The notes under the pieces were generated by a model. It was given only the letters and a program-made list of their open reading frames with translations. It did not search any database and had not been told where the DNA came from. From the human T2T-CHM13v2.0 reference genome, Homo sapiens: a stretch of DNA of 64,000 nt. Positions 32,705 to 43,735 of the stretch are shown piece by piece; position 1 is the stretch's first letter; each line of letters begins with the position of its first letter. The translations under genes were made by a program, and so were the position numbers. The DNA lies in the NCBI RefSeq assembly GCF_009914755.1, contig NC_060935.1. One strand, given 5' to 3'.

Positions 32705-33209
32705 TTAATGTGATATAACAAATTACACCAAAATTTAGTAGCTTAAAACAACACATATTTATTATCTTATAGTTTCTGTGGTCAGAAACTCACCAGTGCC
32801 TTGACTGGGTGGCTCTAGCTCAGAATCTTTGTGTGGCTGCAAGCAGTATGTAGGGGCTGCAGTCATCTGAAGTCTTGACTGAGGCTGGAGGATTCCCTTG
32901 TAGGATGGCTCATTCTCATGGCAGGAGGCTTCAGTTCCTGTTACATGGGTCTCTACACAGGGTTGCATGAATATCCTTATGACATGGCAGCTAACATTCC
33001 CAGAGTGAGCTATCTTAGAGAGCAAGGCAGAAGTCACAGTGCCTTTCATGACCTGGTCTCTGAAGTCACACATCATAACTTCTGTTTTATTCTAGTCATT
33101 AGAAGTGAGTCACTGAGTCAAGGTCACGCTCAAGGGGAGGGGAATTAGGCTCTACCTCTTGAAGGGAGGAGCATCAAAAAATTTATGGACCTATTTTTAA
33201 ATTGCCACA
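32705..33209 (-). mobile_element. MaLR LTR (MLT1F-like)
   Basis: TAACAAATTACACCAAAATTTAGTAGCTTAAAACAACAC...GAAGTCACACATCATAACTTCTG...TTTTTAAATTGCCACA. Confidence 0.75.
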
Positions 33210-36200
33210 GGCTGCTTCTCGGAAGAGAGGTAAGCTTGTTCTGTAAGTACCCTAGGGAAGTGGTTTTCACTTCAATAAAAACAAAAATTTTCCTAATAAT
33301 TAGAATCATCTAAAAGAATGGAAGGAGCTGGTGAGTTTCTCCTAACTTAAGGGATTCAAAAATAATCTGGACAATCAGTTGGAGATATGATACTCATTCA
33401 ACAAATATTTGTTGAGTATTTACTACATGCTATGCACCGTGCAAGGAGCTAAAGATGTCACAGTAAACAAGACAGATGTGGTACCTACGCTCCTGGTGTT
33501 TACACTGTCCTAAGGGAGGAAGACAATAAACAAGTGGACAAGCAAATTAAATAATTACAGATCGTAATGTGTATTATGAAGGCAATAAATAAATAGGCTA
33601 TTGTAATAGCAACGAAGCAACTTTCATTTTATAGAGAGAACTCATTAAAGGGATAAAGATTTGAAGCAGATAATTCTCTATATACCTTCCAATATAATAG
33701 TGGTAATTCATTCCATTGTTCATCCATTCTTTCCTTCAGCAGGCATTTACTGAGCATCTACTATGTGCCAGGCACTGTGGAAGGCACTTAGGGATACAAA
33801 GTAAACAGTTCCACATTGTAAAGACTCCAGAGTCTTGTGAGAGATAACAAGATGTATACAGAGATGCTGATCCCCTGTGATAAATCCTACAAGGGATCCT
33901 ACACAGGAGCCGATGCACACAGGAGTGACAACCCTGCCTGTGGCTGCCAGCGAAGTCTTCACAGAGAGGCCATTTCAGCTGCATTTTCAAGGATAAGGAA
34001 GGGGACTGACAATCTGCATAAGAATCTTTCTGAAAAGTCAGCATCTGAGATGCCAGGCCTTGTTAAGGAGAACGAAGGAAAAGAGACAAAAGTGAAATGC
34101 ACGTTTAATGAGTTAACGGAGCCTGACGAATAAATGCACTCTGAATTCTGGCTCCTGTGCCACTGCCTGAAAATGCACTGGGCTGAGAACTGAAGCTCAT
34201 TGCAAATTTAAAACTTCTAGAGAGAAACCCCAACACTACGGGCTCATCACAGCCCTATTCCCATTACAGCTTCCCTGTCATTCCCCGCCACAAACCTTCT
34301 GCTCCAGACTGGGTGGCCTCTCACTACGCCACCACTACTCCAGGCTCCTACAGTCTGCATGACTTAGGATGTCTTTTCCCCTCTTATCTCCAAATCCCAC
34401 CTACCCATCAAGTCCTACTGCTCCCCTGAAACCTTTGGGCCACTCTAGCCTGTGGGGATTTCTCCCTTTGAGACACCATTGTCTTAATCTGTCATTGGCA
34501 CGAAAGTGTCTCTTGTACAATTGCATTGGCTCTCAAATAGATTGTAACTTTGGGCAAGCAAGTAATCTAAGGTACCTACGCCTCAGTTTACTCATCTGCA
34601 AAATGGGAGTAATAAAACACTTGTTGTAAGGATGAGATATGTGTGAAGCATTTAGACCACTGCCTGGCCCATAGTAGGCATGATATGAACTGTCAGCTGT
34701 GATTATTGCAAGCCCTCTGTAGATGGAGGCATGCTTTCCCATCCTTCAGGGACCCAGTAAAGGGCTCAGCATTGTCAGTGTCACCGCTATCTGATGAGTG
34801 AATAAATGTCTTTTATTCTTATTCCCTCTTAATGTTCATACCAACAAGCTGGGCTCAAGTTTTTCTCAGAGAAATGAGTTTTGGGCCTGAATTATGTTCT
34901 GGAGGTTTTGTTTTTCCTTTCCCTCCAGGTGCCAGCTCTTTGGGTTGTATATGTGAAATAACAATTGGATGGCACTTTATTTAAAGCCACAACCCAATTG
35001 GTAAACCTGACACTTCAGCAATTATATTTTCCAGCTGAGAGACGTGCAAAACTTGAGCCCTAGTTAATTGGAAGGCATAAAAAGAGCCTTTTTATTGCCT
35101 CACATGGATACTTCATTATGGTAATAGGAGGACGGGAGCCTCATTTCCTCTGTTGTTTCTCAGACACTCTTATGTATTTCTTTATGCACTAAATATGCTT
35201 TCTGGTCATTTCTGTCTTCTTCCCTATTTCCAGTTCTGTTTGCTTTGTCTCCTTCCCTCCCTTCTGTCTCTTTCTCTTCTTGTCAGGCAGAAAGGATGTA
35301 GGTCTATTTTCTCCTCTACTCTCCGCCCTCAGTGCCTTCCTCCAGTTCCAGCTTTATGCATGAGCAAAGGAGCGATCAGCCAACAAGCTTGGGAAGCTCT
35401 CCAGAACCATGAGTACCTTCTAGGTTACAGAGGCTAGAGTCCTACATCTTTTGTTTACCCTGGGATGCCATTGTAAACATCCTCCTGTGTCACCTTGTGA
35501 ACCAGGTAGGGAACTCAAGATTACTATTTTCCCATTAGCATGCTAGCAAAATTACATCTATCAAATCGGTCTATTGGTTTGGAAATCAGAGCACAAAGCT
35601 GAGAAGTAACATAAGACAGCTAAGCTTTGAGAGTATCTTAAAGGGAGTGTTGGGGCACAATACCAACTCCCAGGTCTCTGTCTCCAGTGCTCACTCCCTT
35701 CTGAGATAGAAACCTATTGTCTTTGACAGTCCACTGTACATCCCCCTCTGAAAGACCCCTTAAATGTCAAGTGTCCACAATGGAATATATATCATCTCAC
35801 ACATTCCTCATTCCCACATGTCCCGTGGGTTCTCTTCTTGAATTTGTTGTCTTGGAAAAATATACCACTGAGGTGGTAGATATACAACCCAGTGGCCCTT
35901 ATGAGAACTCTCAGAGCCACTCCCGTCTCCCTTCCTGCATATCACCAGGCGTTCCATCCTCTTTAGTCTGCTTCCTGAACAGCCCTCCAATTCATCCCTT
36001 CCTCCTAGCCTTAGCTCGCAGCTCTCCTCTGGACTGTTGTTAAAGCCTCTTAACATGTGTCACCCCCCCTACACTCTCACTGGACAATCCATCTTCATAC
36101 AATGCCACTGAAAAGGTCACTCTGCTACCCGAAGGACACACTCTGCCTTCTCTCATCTCTAAGCTTTTGCATTAGCTCTCCTCCCCTCCTATATTCTCCA

Positions 36201-36648
36201 TCCCCGTGTCCAGTTGACAAGTTCTGATCTGTCTTTCGAGAAGGTGTTGAGTACCTTTTCAAGTGTTACTTTACCTGGGCAGAATTAGTTACTCCCTTCT
36301 CTGTGCCCCCTTTAATACTTAGTACACATAATTCTTTGTTTTACAAATATCTGCTTTATCCATCTCTGCGGCTTCTTGAAGGCAGGAATTATGTCTTGTT
36401 TTTCTTTGGATTACCTCCTCCAATACATGTTTGCTGAATGAATGAAAGGCTTAAATTTCACAAAAATTCACTAAACACCTGCTTTATGCAGACATATTAT
36501 TCTAAAATAGTGTAAAACTCAATGAGTCTATTCTCAAAGAGCAAACAATCTAGTCTAAAATGGGCCCAAACATTCCAGTTTAAAATAGGTTCAAGGAGTG
36601 CCGGGGTGCTTAGGAGTTTTTACTTAATACTGCTGCATGTTCAGTTCA

Positions 36649-36667
36649 CTGTCACCAGGTGGCAGTA
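36649..36667 (+). promoter_or_regulatory. Candidate CTCF site
   Basis: CTGTCACCAGGTGGCAGTA closely matches the CTCF core consensus; motif evidence only. Confidence 0.55.
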
Positions 36668-39074
36668 GTGTGCCATGGTCATGTGGTCCAAGCCATGAAG
36701 TTCCCAGAACTTCAAAAAAGTGGTTCTGCTTGGGTCGGGTTGCTAGATTAATAGCAAGAGAACCACAAGGGGAATGTAGACTGCGTCTGGGTTCTATGTG
36801 TGGCTGGACTTGCAAGGGTTTGCTCTTGGGAGCTGCCCACAGCTGCACCTGGCATGCTGTGCTGCATTTAGACACAGTGCTCTCTTTAATCCGTAAACCT
36901 AAAAGCAAGGAGACTTAGAGATCTCCAGGTTGGGAGCAGATCTATACCTTGGAAGACCTCCTGCTGTGCAATTCTTTTTAACTGCTCTCAGTGGTGAGCT
37001 TCTATTCCGCTGTTTTTAATTCAGACAACGTCTATGGCAATTAGGAGGTCTTAGGTGATCTCTGTTAGAACACTTTCCGTAAAGAGATATGAGCTGATTC
37101 CAAGCTACACCACATGAAAAAAAAAATGAGTGAAAACTGAGGAAACAGAGTTACAACAGAGGACACAGAGAGTGAGACAAGGTCAGTAAAAAGTCCAGTC
37201 TCTTGACTAGCACTACCTGAATCCCTAGTCCAATTCCCCGCCCAGGATGGGGAAGACTTAGCTAGAGCCGCAGGCCAAGGACATGGACAGAAACAGAAAC
37301 AGAAATACAAGAGGGAGAGAGGATAAGAGCTAGATCAGTGTTTGGCAGAAGTCAGGAAATGAGGACAAGAATGCAAGTAGGGGATTAGCCTTGAAAAAAT
37401 TGAAGAGTTAAACCCTTCTGCATTTGAGGCAAGAAGTGAACTTGGATTTTGCCAGAGTTTGGTTTGTGGAAGGAGATATGGAGATTTGAAGAAGTTCATG
37501 CCTAATGTCCCCCATGTGAGGGATAAAATAAGAGGGCAAGTAACCACCCCTCTCCATACCAAAGAGTGAGAATTAAAGAGTGATGAAGCAGGCTTGAAAA
37601 GATGGTAAGGACTAGATGAATAGGAAAAGAAACTGATTAGGAATAAATTTAAGAACTATACTTAAAGGTAGAATTCATGCATTTGTAGTAAAGTAATTGG
37701 CAGGGTTACCAGGTTTTGTGCAGCAGAACTCAGAAGTCGGGGAGGGTTCCATTGTTTTGCTTGGTTGATTTGCTGTAGGTTGGGGGTTAAAGAGGAGGAA
37801 CAGAAATAAAAGAGGAGAGCTAATGAAGAATGGTGGTTAGGATATAGTTAAAATGATTGAACATGGTGTCCAGGCTGGGTGGGGAAGGAATTAACAAGAT
37901 GGGCTGGAAAAAATCAGAAGTGACTAAGCAGCTGTAGACCTCAATGACATAGAGGAGGTGAGAAATGGGAAAGCTGGAAGTAAAATGAGAAAGTGCTATT
38001 GGGAGCTCAAGATTCCCAAAGAAGAGGGTGTTTCTGTGGGAGAGGGCTGCTGATATGGAGGGAGGCCAAGCTCATTGGAGTAGAGGAGGTTAGAGCAGAG
38101 ACTAAATTGTCAGCTCAGACTTCATCAGGCTAATCTCCCAGGCCCATAGCATGAGACAATAGGCAGGAAGCTAGAGAGCCAGTTGCAGAGTCCACAGTGG
38201 CTGCAGGAAAGTGACCTGGAGGCTACAGATGATGGAGATAGGATGAAGGAGTATAAATTGGATGCTGGGAGTTTTAATGTAGGAGGGACTCTTATTATCT
38301 CTTACTTACTAGAATGTTGATCTGGATACGGCAATGGGCAATCGATAGAGGAATGCTCCAGAGAGCAGAAGGAAGGGCAAAACTGAATGGAGACCAAAAG
38401 ACTGGAGAGACGGGTGATCGGAGGAGCTCATACCTTACATGGAATTGTGGGATGGGCCCAATCAGATTCAGGATTCCAAAGGTAATGTAATTATATATAA
38501 TTGGCTGATGCCTAGAACACAGCAGGTTCTGAAGAAATATCTTTGTAATTAATGAATGTCTTTTGCTTTTAGGATTTTTTTTTTTTTTTTACCGTATGTA
38601 CGTATGTATTCAGTTTCCATAACTTAGTCTTTAAACTTGCTGGCTCACCTGTAGACAGCTTCCAGGCCTCCTCACCACAGATTACAATAGATTATTCAGT
38701 GCAATTCAACTCCTTCATTGCCTATCTGTTTTCTTTCTCTAGAAATCCCTTTCTATAAAATGTCCAATTTAACTCTATATATAAGAGAAACAAAAACATA
38801 AAGTTTCTAGACTCTTTTTCTGAATTAATAAAAGTAACAATAATAACTGGGTGGGGTTATTGTGACCTCATTGCAGTTTACAAATTATCTCAGTTACCCA
38901 TTTGTTTCTCAAAATCCCACAAGGTAGGCAAGATGGGTATTACTATGTCCAATTTTGCACATAATCCGTGTAGATAGGTCCTGTGACTTTCCAAGACTGC
39001 ACAGCTTCACATGGTGAAAACAGAAGAGCCAGCCTGGAACCCATGTACTTCAAGTCTGAATTACGGTCTAGGAC

Positions 39075-39210
39075 GACGGTTCCTTAAACTTCAGTATGAG
39101 TTTTTCTTCAAAGTACAGATTTAGTAGGTCTGGGATGAGGTTTCGGAATCTGCCTTTGAAGCAAACATCTGATGCTCATGTTTCAATGACCATACTCAGA
39201 AAAACACTAA
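39075..39210. mobile_element. MER5-like hAT fragment
   Basis: GGTTCCTTAAACTT...AGTAGGTCTGGGATGAGG...GAATCTGC; flanked by GTCTAGGA/ATCTAGAA. Confidence 0.5.
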
Positions 39211-39919
39211 TCTAGAAAATCCTTTTCCCCCTTCTCTCTTAAAGCGGGGAGAAAAAAGAGGGAGATCTTACCTCCTATGAATCAAAGGACTTTTCTCGCC
39301 TTGGAGAACTGGAGCCCCCAGCTCTTCTCTTCTGCGACCTACCCACACACACTGATAAAGTTAATTATCTGCCCTGGCTAAATGACTTTCCTTAGCAACA
39401 CCCTAGCAACTGACATCAGCTCTGCCTTAGGCTACAAAAACTGGAAGGAGATTTCTTGAAGTCCAGTATATTTTACAAAAGAACAAAACATCTGAACAGG
39501 AAATTAAGGGGAAAGTAAACTGGATTCATTGCTAGGAGATGAGAAATAGACACATGAAATAGTTCATGACAATCCACTGGACCACAGTAGTCAAAATGGG
39601 AAACTTTTTCTCCTCCTCAGTTCTACTGAAGTCCACAGGAGGGGAGACTGCAGGATCTCATTCTATGGAGGAAAATTTAATCAGGCAGGAGGAGGGAGGG
39701 CATTCCAGGCCATGAGAAAGCTGTAAGCAAAGGTGCTGAGGCAATACTGAAGTGGAGGACACGGGGAGCCCAGCTGGGTGGTGCTGGGAGCTCAGATTGG
39801 GATCTATGACCAGGCATGACCAGATGGACACAGTGAGACCAGATTGTGGATGGCCTTAGAGGCCAAGTCTTAAAATTTGGGCAGAGTCAGAAGGCACTGA
39901 GGGTAGGCTTGTTAAAAAG

Positions 39920-40880
39920 TTTTTATTCAGAGAAAAAATATTTATGGAACCCCTACCAGGGGCCGGGCACTACGATGTGCACGGAAAATACAGTGGTAAG
40001 CCCCATAGACATCCCCTACCCTTCTGGAGCTTAGAATTTAGAATGGAGACAAATACTGAACAAATGTAAAATTTTAAACATCAAACTTATAAATCAATGG
40101 GTCATTATAAATCTTAATATTAAAAGAAGCCAGGTGTGGTGGCTCATGCCTGTAGTCCCAACACTTTGGGAGGCTGAGGCAGGAAGATTGCTTGAGCCCA
40201 AGAGTTTGAGACCAACCTGAGCAACATAGGAAGACCCTGCCTCAAGAAGAAAGAAGAAAGAGGAAAGGAGAAAGGAGAAAGAAGAAGGAGGAGGAGGAGA
40301 GGGAGGAGGAAGAAGGAAGAAGAAGGAGGAGGAGGAGGAGGAGATTAAAAGAAAAGGTACTCATGAGCTTCAGCAGAGTTTTGGGGGCTGGATCTATTCT
40401 AGGAAATCAGAAAGGCCTTCTTTGGGGAGGCAGTTTTGCACTGAGATCTGAAGAGTACATAGGAGTTGGCCAATGGAGAGTGGTGGCTAGGAGAGACCAA
40501 AGAGCATGATAGGATTCCAGGCAGAGAGAACAGCACAGGCAAAGCCCATGAGAGAAGAGCTGCATGGCTGGAGAAGCAGATCAAGCAGAGCCTTGGAGGC
40601 CTGGCTGAAGATTCTGTCTTTATTCTGAGAGCCCTGAAAAACCACCAAGAAAAAATGTTAACCTCAGGATTGACATTCAAATCTGCATTTTTAAAAAGAT
40701 CACTTGGGCTTCAGTGCAGAAGACAGATGGAAGGAGAGCACAAGTAGACAAGGGCAACCCAGTTAGGAAGATGAGAGAGGATGTCAACACAGACAGGGGT
40801 AGTGGTGGAGAAGAGCGTGAAACTTGATGTGGTGATGGATCGGATGAGTGGAGAAGACAGCAGAGGTCTGAGTGACAGCC
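39920..40880 (-). mobile_element. L2 fragment
   Basis: AAATATTTATGGAAC...CCAGGCAGAGAGAACAGCACAGGCAAAG...TTTTAAAAAGATCACT, typical L2 3' region. Confidence 0.6.
40129..40343 (+). mobile_element. Free left Alu monomer (FLAM_C-like) with a purine-rich tail
   Basis: Monomer 40129-40243 followed by ~100 bp of pure A/G; 10-bp TSD ATTAAAAGAA (40119-40128, 40344-40353); sits inside an L2. Confidence 0.85.
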
Positions 40881-41523
40881 AAGCTGGTTTAGGAAAACCT
40901 AGCTCATGTAGTGGGATTGGAGCTTGGTGAGCTGGTTAGAGCCTGCCGTCATAGCCCAGATGATAGGGCGAACACTGTGTACTGGAAAGTACCTCATTTG
41001 GTGTTGGGGATGCCTGTTTTAAATCCTGGCTCTTTCCCTTAATAGCCATGGAACATTACCTCAGCAGGTAATTTCATAGGCTCCTAATCTGAACAATGGG
41101 AGTGCGGAGGTGAATTGGGACTGCCTACTTCCCATAGTTTTCCTGTCAATATCCAATAAAAAGTTAAATATTGCATTCCTGCCTACTTCATGCCCACCCA
41201 TCTCCAACTTAGATTTGAACCTTTTGTAGATGAATAGAGGTTCAAGAGCACAGATTTGAGCTTTCAGACATAAAATAAGCTTTGTGAAGACAGGGGTCAC
41301 AATTTATTCATTTCTGTAGTTTCCTGCCCTCTGAGATAAGATCAGGTACACTTTCAAGAACCACTTATTTTAGTTTGTAGCATACATCACAATTATAATT
41401 TTAAAAGATTCATATAATTATGTATTTAATATTTGCCTTTGCCACAGGCCTGTAAAATCCTCAAAGGCAAGTAACATATCTGTGTTTTGTATCCAAGCAC
41501 TGAGCACGTGGAGGGTCTTTGTC

Positions 41524-41572
41524 ATGAATGAATGGATGGATAGAAGGATGCATGGATGGATGGATGGATGAA
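41524..41572. repeat. (TGGA/TGAA)n imperfect repeat (probable L2 tail)
   Basis: ATGAATGAATGGATGGATAGAAGGATGCATGGATGGATGGATGGATGAAT. Confidence 0.8.
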
Positions 41573-42809
41573 TTTTTGTTCCGTCTTCTACCTACCGGTC
41601 AGCACAGAGTCTAGCTCCAAATCTACACTTAATGAAAGTTTGCTGGATGAATGGGACCGTGCAACTTGGAGTGCAGCATGAGCTCTGAGCCAGTCGAGTG
41701 AAGATGCAGACAATTCCCTCAGCACTCAGACATGGATCTGAGCCTCACCTCAAAAAGGAGGGCCGATCAGCTGGATCAGGTGCTGCTAGGGTCAAGAAGG
41801 GCTAGGGATGAGAGAAGAGCATAATTGGCTTCAGCAAGGGGTTACTTTCAGGTGACCTCTGAGAGAAGGCGTCCAGTTAATAGTGGCAGTGGGAATTCCA
41901 GCACAAGCACTAAGGAGTAAGTGGGCAGGCAGGGAGGAATGGAGATCTCCCATGCACCTAGCGCCCTGGGCCTGTTTGTAGCATTATGAAAGAGAAAACC
42001 CTGACCTGGAAAGCAAAGGAGATTGCTTGCTAATTGTAGGCACTTGAGGTGTGTCGAAGGCCCTGGGCAAAGAGAAGACGAGGAAACCAAAGCTTCTGAG
42101 GGCACCTGGGGAGGGATGTTTGTGTGCACTGAGAGGCAGGGGGCTTATGGTATCCCCAAGCGGGTGAGGGAGCAGGCGCCACTAGAGACCAACTAGAGTG
42201 TTTTATATGGGTCATATCATTTACTTCTAGCATATCACCCCACTACCTCTAAGAAGGATGTACTGGCACCCACCCCCACTTCCTTGTTCTCCAGAGCAGG
42301 AAACAAGCTTGGAGAGTGCGATAACTAGCCCAAGCTTCACAATGGGTGAGTGGCAGGACTGAGGTTTGATTCGGGTCTCTTCCCAGAGAGACACTGGGAG
42401 AGATTCTTGCCCCAGGTCTTTTCCCTTCAGGCCCTCAGGCTCAGCACCTCTCTGAACATCTGTCCCTGGGGAGTGAGAATCTGAACTAAAATGTAAGCCA
42501 AGAAAACACAGGCTCTTCATTGAATCTTTGGAAACTCCTTTCCTGGGCTGTAGGAGGACCTTCCTGAGCCTTAGGCACTTTTGCCTTTGCTGGCTCTTTC
42601 CTCCAAGTCAAGCATATTTTATGACTGTGGAGGTATAAATACAAATATATTAACATTATATAGTAAAACATTTTGTTTGACATAAATTTTTTCTTCTGAT
42701 TTTTACAGAAAACATTTTCATAGATCTCCAAAAGTATCGTGGGCCCTAAGCGCTGTAGCTAAGTCGTTTCTCCTTTCTCAGCCTCCAGTCTGACATGTTC
42801 CACTATGGC

Positions 42810-43010
42810 CTTGGGAAGAGCAATGGGCCCGGAGTCGCCGCATCTAACCCTGCTGTAACTGGTCGCAAGTCACAGTTTGCTCATCTATAAAGTGAGCGAA
42901 AGTAATGTAATCTTTATTGGGAGTAGGGAACATGAAGGCGAGTCGATACAGTAAGTAAGCCGCCAAGCATATTGCTAGGCACAGAGCAGGTGTGCAACAA
43001 AAGTTATTTC
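42810..43010 (+). mobile_element. MIR immediately upstream of the CpG island
   Basis: GCAAGTCAC...CAGTTTGCTCATCTATAAAGTG...GGCACAGAGCAGGTGTGCAACAAA. Confidence 0.55.
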
Positions 43011-43301
43011 TCAGGCTTTCCCTCCTCTGAGCGCCGTCCTCCAGAGGGTCCGGAGTGTAGCTGGGGGTTGGAGCAGCAGCCTCCTAGGCGATGGGACAGA
43101 GCCCACAGGGTCCGGTATGCCACGGTTTCTTCGTCAGACCCTGGGAATCCAACGTCGCAAAATAAACACGGCCGCGCCGCTAATCGCCAGTTCGGAGGAA
43201 ACAAAACAGCGCTGCGCTGGGGGATCTGGGCAAAATCAGCCCTCCCTCCTCCCGCTCCTTCGCCGCGGCCCTCCCCTCCTCGCGCTGCTCTCGTTCGCTT
43301 G

Positions 43302-43330
43302 GCTCAGCTCAGCTCAGCTCAGCGCAGCTC
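43302..43330 (+). repeat. (GCTCA)n pentamer array in the SPON1 promoter/5' UTR
   Basis: GCTCA GCTCA GCTCA GCTCA GCGCA GCTC. Confidence 0.85.
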
Positions 43331-43497
43331 CGCGGCCGCCAAGCCGAGGCGGGCACGGTCTCCGAGTCGCGGACGCCAGCTCCGAGCTCCCTCTCTCCGC
43401 CGCGCCTCCGCCAGGTCGCGCCTTCGTCGGGACCACTTCGGGCAGGAGTCGCGTGGCGAAGGCCTGCGGCCGCGGCACAAAGTTGGGGGCCGCGAAG

Positions 43498-43735
43498 ATG
43501 AGGCTGTCCCCGGCGCCCCTGAAGCTGAGCCGGACTCCGGCACTGCTGGCCCTGGCGCTGCCCCTGGCCGCGGCGCTGGCCTTCTCCGACGAGACCCTGG
43601 ACAAAGTGCCCAAGTCAGAGGGCTACTGCAGCCGTATCCTGCGCGCCCAGGGCACGCGGCGCGAGGGCTACACCGAGTTCAGCCTCCGCGTGGAGGGCGA
43701 CCCCGACTTCTACAAGCCGGGAACCAGCTACCGCG
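43498..43735 (+). CDS. SPON1: Spondin-1 (F-spondin) coding exon 1: signal peptide and start of the reelin domain (aa 1-79 plus 1 nt)
   Basis: ATG in GCGAAGATGA context translates MRLSPAPLKLSRTPALLALALPLAAALAFSDETLDKVPKSEGYCSRILRAQGTRREGYTEFSLRVEGDPDFYKPGTSYR, which I recognise as the F-spondin N-terminus. It ends at a canonical donor CGCG|GTAAGT (phase 1) and lies inside a CpG island. Confidence 0.97.
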
